DNA of 64,000 nucleotides from NCBI RefSeq assembly GCF_964355755.1, contig NC_092679.1, forward strand, positions 19,575,432 to 19,639,431, given 5' to 3'. A program made the translations under genes and the position numbers. Positions 1-12,390 of this stretch are shown piece after piece. Origin of the DNA: Antedon mediterranea. Taxonomy: Eukaryota > Animalia > Echinodermata. The notes under the pieces were generated by a model. It saw only the letters and a list, made by a program, of their open reading frames with translations. It was not told the origin of the DNA and searched no databases. Within the stretch, counting starts at the first letter, position 1. The number at the start of each line of letters is the position of its first letter.

Positions 1-707
1 AGAAAAACCTATTTGATAAATATGCCTTTAAAGTCGCCGATTGTGCAACAGATTACAGTACTTTATAGATTTACTCATTAAAAATTCATGTTACTTGTTT
101 TTGTTTACCCTTTCATCTGTGTTTAATCCAAGTGTGAGGGCAGTAAAGATTGTAAATGCACAATGAGAAAATCTGTATTGATTTTTCATTTGGCTCTCTT
201 CTGTAAGATTTTTTCTGACATTGAGTAAAGGAGTTGTTGCTTAGTGGTTAAGACCTGGATTCCTGGATTCTGGGTTTGAATCCGGTCAGATGTCAGGATT
301 GTTTCTCACAACAACAACAAAAAACTCCACTCCAAAAAACTTGTTGTAGGGCATCTTTTGTATGTTTGTCATACCACCTTTAAGAAGAATAGTAAATTAA
401 TTATCCTTTGCAATTTGCCTCATACTGAATACATTTCTAGCTAGGCCTAGTTAGAGGGGGCCTAGCCTAATTCTCAACCCAATGTGAGGTGTATAAGATG
501 TAAACAAACACTCTATAAACCGTACCAGCCAGTAAGTTTACTGTACATAAAACATTGTTTATTTTACTAACAGTAAATAATGTACCAGATACATGAAATA
601 ATAAATTGTATTTCTTAATCTTTTTAATCTTTTCATACTGTACTGTTTTCCTCCTAATAATTCTTATTCAGTTCTCTTTTCTTCTTTTAATCTGCCTCAA
701 TTTTCAG

Positions 708-761
708 GACGCAGACGAAGACATTTTTTACCCTTTGCTAAATACAAAGGTTCCAAGAAAG
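708..761 (+). CDS. EHBP1: Candidate EHBP1 54-nt internal exon (phase 1-1), RRRRHFLPFAKYKGSKK
   Basis: Long pyrimidine tract ending TTTTCAG at 707 and donor AAG|GTTTGC at 762; open in the phase needed to join exon 3523. No recognisable homology. Confidence 0.45.
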
Positions 762-964
762 GTTTGCTTATCCACATATATTATGAACTCATTTAGTAAA
801 TGCCTAGTGTCCACAATATATGATGCAATGTGAAAAATGTTTAAACAAATAAATTATATAGAAATTCAGTAAATTTTAAACAGTATTGTAGTTGAGCTAG
901 TTAAGCTGTAGCGTGCAAAGTGAAGCTGCTTCCGTAGTGGCATTGCAGCTTGGGTAGCGGAGCT

Positions 965-1153
965 GTAGCTTGGTGGCTAACATGCCTTCCTTCCAATCCC
1001 AAGGTCTACGGTTCAATCCTGACCTAGTGCCAGGATTCAATCCTGCATCCAGAGTCCAATCCTGACCTAGTAGTGCCATGGTTCAATCCTGACCTAGTGC
1101 CAGGGTTGTAACTATTTCTACTTCACTGCCTAAGCCTCAAATGAGACTTTATA
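965..1153 (+). mobile_element. Decayed tRNA-derived SINE with internally repeated B-box segment
   Basis: A-box GTAGCTTGGTGG; TTCAATCCTGACCTAGTGCCAGG repeated; shares ACATGC.T.CCTTCCAATCC and CAAATGAGACTT with 18657-18763. Confidence 0.6.
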
Positions 1154-3522
1154 AACATGATTTAGTTTATCCATCCTGTAATTAGCCAGTTACATGCATT
1201 TGAAATATTTTAAAAATCAAATCAATTATTTATCTCATTTCACTCATACTTTATGATCTAGACTCTTTGCGATTATTCTTTAATTTCTTGATTTATACAT
1301 GATTTAAAATGTTGATTTATAATTTATACAGTTCATGATAATATTTTAATAATAATTTAATTTAGATTTTTATATCTTTCAAACCTACAAATGTATGCTA
1401 ATTATTGATAATTATTCTTTGAAATTATTGCAAGTCTATAATCATTTGAAAATGAAATCCATTGTATCAAAATATAGTTTTGGACACTAAGCAGTACAGA
1501 TGTATTATTTGTTTTTAGAGTTATTTTTTCATTTTGATTTAATTAGTGCATTGTTTATTAATATGTTCATGTGTGCTGTGAGGCTATTTTAAAGTGGTTT
1601 TTATTTCATATATATATTTTAATTTAAGATTTTTTTTTTAATGCAATCATTTTGTAATTTTGTTATATTTTAAAACACATTTTTTAAGTCATTCCATGTT
1701 GTTTTTTCTATATTATTAGTAAATAAAAAGCTTTGCTTTTTTTAAATTATTCTGATGATTTATGATAATACAGTGATATTTATATATGTATTTAAAAATA
1801 TTGTTTGTGTTTTTGTTAATTTTGTTTATAGCACTTATTTGTTTTGACTACCTTTAGTAATTAAATTAATTTTAAGTTATTGTAAACAGAGAAAAACTAT
1901 ATTTCATTTATAAAATGACGACGTTTTTTGTTTGTTTTTTTAAATGTTTTAAAGCATAGTGGTAATTTAGCTTGGTGGTTATCATGATAGCCTACCATTT
2001 CAAGGGTGTAAGTTCTAGTCCCAAGTCTGTCACATGATGTTTATACTTGGTCTACTACAATGTTCAGACTATTAATTGCAAGATTTACAATTATCAGAAA
2101 AATCTTTTCTTCATTTAAACATTTTCTTTTTAAAACGGAATGACAGATGACAGAAACCACTTTCCCACAAAAGGGGCATAGAATTCAGAAGAAAGGACAG
2201 CTCGCATTTTGATAGTGTGACGTCGTTTAAATTGGCCCGCAAGCTCATGTTGCACTTAACAAGCGTCCGCATTTTGTGTTTACCAAACAATTCCTTTTCA
2301 ATCAGTTAGTGAATGCCGTTCTTTACTTTCAATACCATGATTATGTAATATACATCTACACACGCTGTAACATTATTTAAAATATTCACCAAACAATTAC
2401 CGAGTCCCTCTTATTAACCCTCAAGTGTATAACCCATTGGAGAGGTACATGCTTCTTGAACAATAGCCATTGAAATCTATTGTCCATCAGTCATTGAAAA
2501 TATATTGTCCATTGGTCTTGGAAGTCTATTGTCCATTTCTACATACCTATCTTCTATCAACTTATACAATGGTCAATTTTTTACCTCTTGTTTCGGAAAA
2601 TTTCCTAAGGGCTTATGAATACCGTTGGGAGATAATAAGTACACGCAACATGCACGCGATTGTAAATTGTTAAACTTTATTTTTAATGTATCTACAGGAA
2701 TTTTTTTTTCCATCTCTGGTTGCATGCTTCCACACAGTTCTATGTATATTTTTTTTTTTTATGTTTATTATTATTATTATTATTAAAAGATTAAATTTTA
2801 TGTATACATTTTCTGTATAAAAATTATTAATCTCAAGTAATTATCTTATGGCTTTCTAAATATAAAATTACTTTATAAAAGATTAAATGTTATGTTTCCT
2901 TTAAAACAACAAATTGTATGTAAATATTTGTTGGGTTTTTTTTTTCAAAGATACCATTTTCGTTCACAAATCCAAATATTTTTCAAATCTTGTTCATTCA
3001 TTGTTTATTTTTATTTTAACTTTGACAATGATCAAATTGTTTATATATTTCTAACATTAATAACTAAAGTTTATTAAAATATTTATTTAGTTATTTGTAC
3101 TAATTTATATTTATTATGACAAATATTATTTAACAAGTTTAAAATGTGTTATACATTTGTTTACTTAAGATGTTAAAAAAATGTTAAAATTTCGTTTAGA
3201 TTAAAAATTATTACATTTAAATTTCATTTGCTTTAGCCTTTTTATAATTCAAATATTACTTTTCAATAGTTTATCATTTATTTTTATATGATAATAGTTT
3301 TATTGTTTCTGAACAACTTTTGCTTCTTCATCTTCTTTTGTCTGTTTTTCTGTTTAGGGGTTGGTAAAGACAAGTTTTTTTACATCTATTTCCGATCCCT
3401 GAAACAGCTCCTATTTATTGTTACCATTTAACTTATTGTAAATGTATGATTATGGTTTTTTTCTTTGACTGTTTCAAATAAATGTAAATGAAATAAAAAT
3501 AAAATTATGAATTTTTTTTTAG

Positions 3523-3661
3523 ATGGATATTTCGATGATGATTTCAGTGTAGAGTTTGATGATCCTTTAGAAAACTTAGAAAATGAAACATTTCGGGAAG
3601 AAGAAGAAAAAGTGGTTGAGGAAAGTAATGGAGACAGTACAACTCCAGAAGATCAGGATAT
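3523..3661 (+). CDS. EHBP1: EHBP1 exon, acidic linker (GYFDDDFSVEFDDPLENLENETFREEEEKVVEES...)
   Basis: T9-AG acceptor, GTAAGA donor; 139 nt, phase 1-2, continuous frame into the next exon. Confidence 0.8.
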
Positions 3662-4040
3662 GTAAGACACCCACCAGGAAATTAATTTTCTAATCTAATC
3701 TAATATAATTTCACTGGTCCAAAACTTGTAAACCTCCCAAATATTAAACGAACGAATTAGGACCAGAAGATAGTTTTCAAAGTTTCCTGTTTTTCAAAAG
3801 TGGTGACTTAGAAATCAGAATTTTCACTTGCAATTTTGTCAAAATTATTCTGCAACAGTTATTGCAGTACCCTTTTTTTTTAGCAATTTTTTTCTGGGTA
3901 ATCATACACTGTTTATCGCAGTAACTTCTATATTAACAAAATAAATCATACACCGTTCCAGCAATAAAATGTAGGTACTGCAGTAACTGCAGGAAAATAA
4001 TTTTGACATGATCCTTAAATGTTTCACTTTCTCTTGTCAG

Positions 4041-4188
4041 CACACCAACAGAATCAAGACCTAGGTACAGGAAACGGAAGGAGTCTCCTCCTGATGTCAA
4101 GCCGCCGCTGCAGCTTGATCTCGCCAGACAACCAGTCTCAAGTGCTGCTCAGAAAGAGAGCACTCTACGAACTACTACTACATCAGAG
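4041..4188 (+). CDS. EHBP1: EHBP1 exon (TPTESRPRYRKRKESPPDVKPPLQLDL...TTTTSE)
   Basis: CTCTTGTCAG acceptor, GAG|GTTTGT donor; 148 nt, phase 2-0, frame fits both neighbours. Confidence 0.8.
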
Positions 4189-4475
4189 GTTTGTTTTAAG
4201 AGGTTTTTTTTATTCTGTTGTGTCTACGATTATGTTTTTTTAACCATTCCAATAAGGATTTTGGAAAGCTCATCTTAAATTGGGTGGATCAAATTTTTGT
4301 AATAATATATATACAGTAGAGACTTAAGTTAACAGTGGTTGAAAATCTTGGAAGCCGTACACGCTTCGGTACATAGTGATGTATAGTAAGCACCAATCAC
4401 AACACGATGGATGATCCGAACTGTTGTGTTGTGCATAGTTCGTCGCGTTGCATCCAAGTGGAAAACGAAGCTTTA

Positions 4476-4573
4476 AGCTCTGTCTACACTATAAAACTTT
4501 TGTGACAAAAAAATGTGACATGATGATGTCATATCACTACCATATTTAGGCATATCACACTTTTTTTGTCAAA
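4476..4573. mobile_element. MITE family A, copy lacking the right TIR
   Basis: Left TIR AGCTCTGTCTACACTAT and core TGATGATGTCATATCACTACCATATTT. Confidence 0.8.
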
Positions 4574-4708
4574 GAGATCTTTAGAAGTTGTAGAAACATT
4601 TAGTAATCATTTCAACTGCAATTTGGAGTGTCCTTACTCCTTGTTTTTATTCATTAGTGAAAACAAATTTGATTAAAATTGTATTATTAAACATGCAACA
4701 CTTTTCAG

Positions 4709-4884
4709 CCTCCTCCTCGTAAGGTACTGAAAGGTAAGAAGTCTGCCCCCAGTCAGGAGCTGCTGGAGTGGTGCCGGAATGCAACTAATGATTACAAAGG
4801 AGTAAAGATCACCAATCTGACAACCTCTTGGAGGAATGGCATGGCATTCTGTGCAATACTTCATCATTTTCATCCTGAACTAAT
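4709..4884 (+). CDS. EHBP1: EHBP1 exon, calponin-homology domain N-part ([44 protein letters not shown])
   Basis: Type-2 CH domain signature of the EHBP1/MICAL-like family; TTTTCAG acceptor, GTAAGT donor. Confidence 0.95.
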
Positions 4885-5287
4885 GTAAGTTGTGGTACTT
4901 AATGTAGGTACTTAACTCCCAAACCCAAAGTCCTAAGTTTAATCATTGATAATCTAGGTGCTTAACTTTTAAACCAAACGTTTGTACTTATGCTCTGATA
5001 AAGTACCAATATGGTTTGTTACTTCTTATTCAGTGATCTTGGGCTTTAATAGTAATAGTCTCTAAAGTTCTCCTCTAGGAAGGGATTCACTAGGTTGATG
5101 CGACTGGTTTTTAGGAGCTTGGGTCTGCGACCTACTTAGTTTAAAAATATCAGTTGTTAGTTGGTAGTACAGTAGTAGTATTAGTTCGCTGCGGAAGGTT
5201 GAATGAATTTAGTGCGATCTGTCAATTTAACAAATATAATAACTGCAATTATGTTTTAACTGTATTTACTTATTTATAATGTTTCAG

Positions 5288-5336
5288 TGATTTCAATTCT
5301 CTGTCGCCACATGACATAAAAGGAAACTGCAAAAAG
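5288..5336 (+). CDS. EHBP1: EHBP1 exon, CH domain middle (DFNSLSPHDIKGNCKK)
   Basis: TTTCAG acceptor, AAG|GTAACT donor; 49 nt, phase 2-0; continues the CH consensus. Confidence 0.93.
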
Positions 5337-5511
5337 GTAACTATTGAACAGTTTACTAAATTATAATATACTAATAATAAAAGATGAATGACAGATAGAA
5401 ACAGAGACATTATGTAAGCCTTAAACAAATATATTTAAATTTATATAAGTATAACATCATTTATTCATGTGAAAACCAAACATTGACTTTTTTTTGTTTG
5501 GCCAATTTTAG

Positions 5512-6195
5512 GCATTTGATTCAGCAGCCTCAATAGGAATTCCAAAGTTAATGGAACCACAAGACATGGTGTTACGTTCTGTCCCAGACAAACTGGCAGT
5601 TACAACATATTTGTTTCAAATACGCGCTCATTTTACAGGACAGGAAATGCAAGTGCGAAGTATAGGAGACACTTCAAAAAAGAGCACGTACGTTGTTGGG
5701 AAATTTAGCACAGATAGCGAAGGAAAAGTTTCTGAAAACATGTTTGAGCAAGAAGCCCGAACTCTGCAAGATGTACCAAAACCAGAGAAACCAGTTACTC
5801 CTGGAACCCCGGAATCTAATGGTGTAACCCCAGATGAAAATAACTCTAAAGTATCAACTAATAGTGTCTCTAAAATATCAAGTAATAGTCTCACACCGGA
5901 CTCGGAAAACGAAGGTCTTGATAAAACTAATATAGGAAACAACGGTAGCGCGGTTGGAAGGAAAATATTGCGTTCAAGTCATAGTCGTAAAATAATTAAG
6001 CAAGGGTCGAGGGAAAAACTAAAAATAGATCCTGCTTTAGTGACAACTTTGGAGAATGGAGAAAAGGAAGATAAAATAGACATTAAAAAAAATGATGAGA
6101 ATAAAGAAAAGGAAAGTGTTAATGTTGAAGAGATAGAGGAGAAACCAACAATTGAGGAGAAAGAGAAGGAAACCGTGGAAGAAGACATGTCAGAG
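5512..6195 (+). CDS. EHBP1: EHBP1 exon, CH domain C-part ([41 protein letters not shown]) plus long low-complexity linker
   Basis: Same frame as ORF 5551-6246; TTTTAG acceptor, GAG|GTCAGT donor; PDKL.V.TYL motif. Confidence 0.93.
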
Positions 6196-8316
6196 GTCAG
6201 TTATGTTTTTTTTTTTCTAAGTTGTTTTTTCCTACACTCTTTGTAGAATTGATATTTTATGATTAAAGTAAAGTGAACAAATTTAGTTAATTTCATTAAA
6301 GATACAGTTTTGTTAATGTATTTCTTATTCTTTACTTTTTTTTAGTCTTACCCTAAATACTGTAGGTTAATTATAATGATACCATCATTTACTGTATTTT
6401 GGACTCATATTTATTATTATTTGTACATTTTTCTATGGACTGTGTTTGTCTGAAATAAAAATATTACATGCAATACATTACATACATTAAGTAGCAAAAT
6501 GTTATAAAATCAGATATTTCACTCTTCACTGATGAAATCAAACATCTACTGTTACCAAATTGAGTCTTAGATTAAAAAATCATTTAGTGGACTTGAACCT
6601 ACAACCTGATCCTTACAGAATGAGCAACTTAATCACTAGACCACAAAAGATCTTCAGAGTATAAACGATTACAATTATAACCAGTATACATGTTATCATA
6701 CATTATTAAAATAGTATGGTATTACTTAACCAAATAACATTATTGATATTGCTATCTAAATACTAGCAGGGTATAAATCCCTCTTATTCTTGAACACTTA
6801 ATCTTATTAAAGTTTGATTTTAATAATTAGATTTACAATTATATAATATTATTAAATGTTAAATACATTTGTTGTAGAGATTGTATCTATAAAATAGATT
6901 ATCGGCTTTGTTTAGCTATGATTATGCTCGTATAGATCTTTTTATTTTAAAAAAGTACCGCTGAATTAAGCAGAGGTCTTTAGACTTGGTTATAACTTGC
7001 AATCAAATTAACCAAATGTTTATTACAATCTAAGCAAAATAAGGACATATCCCTGAGGCTGTTAGGGAAAAAAGCTTTTAAATCGAATTAATTTTTTTTT
7101 TTATTGTGACGTGTTTTGTCATTTTGATAATTAAACTGTTTTTGTTTTTCGTCTAGTAAATTAAAATCGATTGTTATGATGTAGACAATAAGAATGTGGA
7201 ATTTTAATTTTAATTTAAAAAGGCTCAGATCTTTGATTAAATTGCTAAATTTAATAGGTCTTCCTAATTATTAATTACGTAGATTAATGCTATTTATAGA
7301 TTTCATCTTTATGAATTAGCAAATGATTTTTTTCAATCAAATCATTATGTTTTAAAAACCAAAATTTGATTCATTTATTAATTAATTATGGAAATAATAT
7401 AAATTAGGTTACGATAACAACAGATTAAATTAATAAGGGAAGAAAGTATCACATGAAAAAGATAATTTTAGATGTTTTAATTATAAAACAAACTAATTAA
7501 TTACTTTTATTGATTGATAAATTTTAATCAGGTTACAATACTAATGAAGTGTCTCTATAGTCATAGTATTAAATGTGATAGAAAATAAACCGAAAACAAC
7601 AAATCTTAATTGGCATATTTGTTAGATGAACAATAATTTGTAAAATAATAAATAAAACTAAATTATAACAAATTGAGATGTAATCATCATAAAATGGCAT
7701 TTAGACCCCAAGAGCGTCTCTTATACCGACAATAAATCATAGTTGAATTGACTTTAAACGACAACGTTATTGCAAATTAAAATGTTTTGATCCAAACAAA
7801 CATTGATCATAGCTATACATGTATCAGACTTAACTACATGTTGACTCTTGTACGGTTTACGCGTCACTCGTGGGTACAAGTACCTGCTTACGCATTTCAC
7901 CGACTAAATCCCGTGCATTTTTCGGCTATCATTCTTCTAGTCGTTAAGCCTCTTTGCAAGATTTTAATCTCCTCAAATTGCGATTTGCCAAGAATAATTT
8001 AGGTGTGAGAAAGTGAAGGAGAGACAGAAAGCCGTTGAGAGTGAATTCGTCGTCGATATACTACCAAAACAAATTTACCCTCCATCAGATTGATTAATTT
8101 TCTGATTTAATTTCTTCCCATCAGTACATGGCAGATTAATGTAATACTGTAACTCTATACTATTCATTAGGTATTATTTCTGGAGGCGATACACGTTTTG
8201 GATTTATGTACATTTTTGCTTTCGTAAAATCATAATTTTGATTGTGATTTGATATAGGTTCTCATCCCTTCATTACTGTCTAAGAAATGTTATGTACAGT
8301 ACTATTCTTTACTTTA

Positions 8317-8643
8317 AGCTCTATCTACACTATTAAGCTTGTTTGACAAAAAGGTGTGTGCTCAAATATGGTAGTGATATGCTTAAATATGGTAGTGATA
8401 TGCTCAAATATGGTAGTGATATGCTCAAATATGGTAGTGATATGCTCAAATATGGTAGTGATATGCTCAAATATGGTAGTGATATGCTTAAATATGGTAG
8501 TGATATGCTTAAATATGGTAGTGATATGCTCAAATATGGTAGTGATATGCTTAAATATTGTAGTGATATGACATCATCATGTTATGTTATATGGGCATAT
8601 CACATTTTTTTGTCACATAAAGTTTGATAGTGTAGACAGAGCT
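8317..8643. mobile_element. MITE family A copy with internal 21-bp tandem expansion (about 10 units)
   Basis: Both TIRs present; unit CTCAAATATGGTAGTGATATG repeated 8361-8570. Confidence 0.9.
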
Positions 8644-10664
8644 TAGTTTATGGGATTACAATGACAATAAAGAAGCGAGGGCTGATTTGGGTATACTGTA
8701 GGTAAAATTAAATTGGAGTTTTGTATTTTATGCCCTTCCTAATTCTACCACAAGTAATATGATGGCAAATATGAGTCATATTTCAAGATAAGTAGTCTTA
8801 TAAAGTAATAAATAATTATTTATTTTTAATATCATTAATTTCTGTTTTACATTCTCCTCATAATGAAATAGCACATAAAACGACTAAACTAAAGATGATA
8901 GTGTTGATTAGATAGATATAAAGTCCATTTCTTAGGCTCAATCAAATCAACCAAAATCGTTATTAAATATCATACCTCATTGCAATTAGAGACCAATTTA
9001 TGGTGATAACGTAGCCTGCGCCCCTGGGCAAGCTTTTAAACCAAATTACGTTTTTTTTAATAGCGCAGTCTTGGTAATTGGTTTGTTTCTAAATTCTAAA
9101 TTCATAATGTCATAGATAAGAATAATTTATAAATATGTAGAGCAATATACTTTTTGTGTTGTGTTCATTTTAACATCCAAAAACTTGCTGAGTACAAGAG
9201 ATAAAGACTTTAAATACTTTTTTTACTAGTATTTTTCAACCAGGTACCGTACTTATTTACAGCAGAGTTGTTCTTATCGGGAATCGAATCTGCGTCTTTC
9301 TGTAAATTAAGCTTCATAAACCACTCGGCTACCAAACTCATATTCTCAGTTTATAACAGTATACAATAACACCACCAAAAATACTACTACTAAACAGTTC
9401 TTTTTATCAATGCTTACTGTAGTTCTAGCCAAATATTTATACTGTACTCAACAGTGAACCACCTCCTTCCCCCTTATATACCCACCCTCAAATTTTGTTC
9501 TCTCTTTGTCTCATTTTCTCTTGCAACTTCTTGTAGCTTTTTTCTAGATTAGTTAGTACTGTCTTTAAATAACTCTTAATTATGCCAAAACCACCTTAAT
9601 ATAAAATTGATTGCCACTAATTCCGAATAGTTTATCGTAACCAGATTACGTACACACGTCAGCTGAAATCCGTCCCTATCCATTTCAATATCCCTCTTTT
9701 TATAGTTTTCTTAAATGTGTTAAGCTGATTTCCTTTGGTGCATATTTAAAATCTTATAAATGTTTAATTCTACTTAAAGTATTAACGTCAATACAAAATA
9801 CCAAATTTGAATTGTTGAATGAATTGTCGCAGATTATCCTTTACATAGGGGTATTTTGCTTTCTGTTGTGTTAATTCCTTGTATTATGATTTCTTAATAT
9901 TCTATGTAAATGAAGCGAAGGGAAAGATCTTAGCTAAAATCCTCTTTACTACCAAATTCAACTTCCTTGTATCCTCTTCCTAAGAAGATTTTCTTTCTAA
10001 GCGCATTCCGTTAGCTGCTTATAAAATAAATCAGAAGTCAAATCCTTCTCAGTTTGTGTTTCACGTCAAAAATAGAAGTTCCTCATTTTCTTCTTTCTGT
10101 TTAACTTTAAAATGAAAACTCTTAACTGATTTTAGAGTTACACATGCTGTGGAAATACCTTTGGATTTTTTCTTTAGTTTTGTATATGCTGACATTCGAA
10201 GATAAAAATTTTCATGTTGCACCTTGAAAATGCGCGTTTCAATCCAATTTGTTTTAATTTACTGAAGTTCTGAAACAAATTTAGAGTTCTTCGGTGTAAT
10301 ACTTTTCTTTAGTTTTGTATGGTGCCAGTTGGAGATAAATTTTCTTGTTCAGCACTTAAAGCTGTAAGTTTAAGTAGAGAAAGTAAGTAGAGTTCTCCAG
10401 ATTGTGGAAATACCTTTGAAAATGGATCAATACTATTTCTTTGCTCTTGTGTGGAGCCATTCAACGACAACATTATGCCATGGAGTTTTTAAAGATAAAT
10501 TGTCTTGTTGCATAGATAAGTTATTGAAGCTCTAAACTGAGTTTAGAATTCTCCAGATTGTGAAAACACCTTTTGAAAATGGATCAATACTAATTGCTCT
10601 TGGGAGTTTTAACAAAATATTTGGTTTCCAATAGTCCAATAAAATTCTTTGTTTTTTTATCTAG

Positions 10665-10799
10665 CAAAATTTGTCAAGAAGAGAGCAACTGCAGTTAAGA
10701 GCTCGGAAATTATTAGAGCAAGCTCGCAAAGAGGCAAATGCAAAACTTTCTCGCAACAACGATGGATCATTAAAGTCACCTGATGAAGATCCAGCTGAT
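10665..10799 (+). CDS. EHBP1: EHBP1 exon, coiled coil (QNLSRREQLQLRARKLLEQARKEA...)
   Basis: Pyrimidine tract plus CTAG acceptor, GTGAGT donor; 135 nt, phase 0-0; RAR.LLEQAR motif typical of EHBP1. Confidence 0.9.
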
Positions 10800-10893
10800 G
10801 TGAGTAACAGAATTTAAATAGTTTGGTTTCTTGATGACAAAGAAAGCTAAACTTTCTAAACTAAGGTCTCAAGAAAGATCAGCTACTGTGACT

Positions 10894-11151
10894 CCGGTGG
10901 CTGTATTCACCAATCACTCTTGAGATATCTTCCTTAAAGCTTGGTTCCCACTAGTTAGAACTCAACAACAGACGCAAGTTATCATATTTTCTTGCGTTGT
11001 GTTGTGGCAGGATTTTGTTTCCAAGCTTTAATAAGTATTTTTTACATAAGTCAATAAATATTTAAGGATTTTCCTTAAGTGATATTCACTGGGAGAATTT
11101 TTAAATATATTATTATTCCCCTGAAGTGTGATTGGTGATTACAGCCACTGG
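10894..11151. mobile_element. MITE with about 24-bp TIRs containing a nested decayed element (10938-11027)
   Basis: CCGGTGGCTGTATTCACCAATCAC ... GTGATTGGTGATTACAGCCACTGG; inner TAA|AGCTTGG ... CCAAGCT|TTA. Confidence 0.65.
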
Positions 11152-11825
11152 ACCTTAGGATTGCAAGCATTTTGAGCACCACTACTTAAATACCACAGTT
11201 ATTAGAATGTTGGCTGTTTGAATCACTTTAAAAGATGTTTATACAGTATTAAAATGCATACAATTATTTCTTTAGTGCTGTTATCGCATTTAATTTTAAA
11301 TTTATCGTAGCAAATTGCATTTACACTCGATTATCTTCAATTTACCTGTATAGTTTTTGACAAATTAATTTGTGCTGATGTAATTTCCATATTGATCGTG
11401 TCATCAAAAACATGACAGAGTATTTGGGGTTGTAAGTACAAGGTTCTTTGCGGAAATAAGAGTTTGGATAGATTCTGAATAAGTATTTAAGTGTTATTGA
11501 GTTTTTAGAGATTGATTTCACAATGCTGTTTGAGTATCATGGGTTATTTTTTATGTTACGAGTGTTAGTAGAGTGTGTGTGGGGTTATTGTAAGTTTACA
11601 TATGATCGTGTATTGTGTGTACTATCATGATTGAGACATAAAGGGTTTAGCCATCCTAGTTTTTTTGCCTTTGTAAAAATACTATAATGATTTTTTTATG
11701 GAAATTTGATACAGTATAATAATTTAATTCATATTGTGCGTAATATTGTTAAACCTTACTTTAAAATTACTGTTTTACTTTTCACTGAATCAAGTTATGA
11801 ATTTGTAGTAAATCGTAAATATATA

Positions 11826-12160
11826 CGATTGATTGAAATATAGATTGATTGATTGAAATATATATTTATACTGGGTAACCTCTTCAGTCAAAGACTGGTC
11901 TCCCAGAGGGCCCAGTTGGTGATCAGTGGCTGTGATGTACTAATACACCGGGGTAACCCCCTACTCGTCTCGAAAGATGTACTAGGTTCTTTAAAGTGCA
12001 CACGAGCTAGATGTGTACACTGGACCTACGGTTTATAGTCCTTATCCGAGAAGACTCGTTCTACCACCAGAACCATGGAGTGAGTGAGCCTCGAACCCAT
12101 GCCGATGTTATGGCTACGTAATTACGGTTCCACTGTCTTAACCGCTCGGCCACTCACTCA
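11826..12160 (-). mobile_element. Near-intact tRNA-derived SINE with Deu/Nin-like central domain and (TCAA)n tail
   Basis: Minus strand: A-box TGGCCGAGCGG, B-box GGTTCGAGGC, centre GTCTTCTCGGATAAGGACTATAAACCGTAGGTCC...GCACTTTAAAGAACC...GAGTAGGGGGTTACCCCGGTGT. Confidence 0.8.
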
Positions 12161-12263
12161 CTCACTCATACAATATAACGAAACCCCCTTATTATTCTTT
12201 AAGAATGGTATTTTCTCCTGTCTACAACTGTGTAATTTGAATCCCCTTTTAATTAAAATATAG

Positions 12264-12390
12264 GCCGAGTCTGTACGGAAAGCTAACCTCAAACAACGTG
12301 CTAAACAACTTATTGCCGATACGCGGAAGAATCTTAATCGACCAGAACCAACAAATCTTGATGAAATCGCAACTAGCGGAAATTCTCTAG
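12264..12390 (+). CDS. EHBP1: EHBP1 exon, second coiled coil (AESVRKANLKQRAKQLIADTRKNL...)
   Basis: TAG acceptor, AG|GTGAGT donor; phase 0-1; RA.QLIA motif as in EHBP1. Confidence 0.88.

Noticed and set aside
236-300. tRNA gene
   Set aside because: A- and B-box remnants only, no complete cloverleaf; decayed SINE-like head, as also at about 1965-2030 and 6585-6645.
5628-6188. Minus-strand ORFs of 104 and 69 aa
   Set aside because: Antisense shadows of the large EHBP1 exon.
8333-8627. Repetitive ORFs (MLKYGSD)n, (SISLPYL)n, (CSNMVVI)n
   Set aside because: Translations of a 21-bp tandem repeat inside a MITE in an intron.
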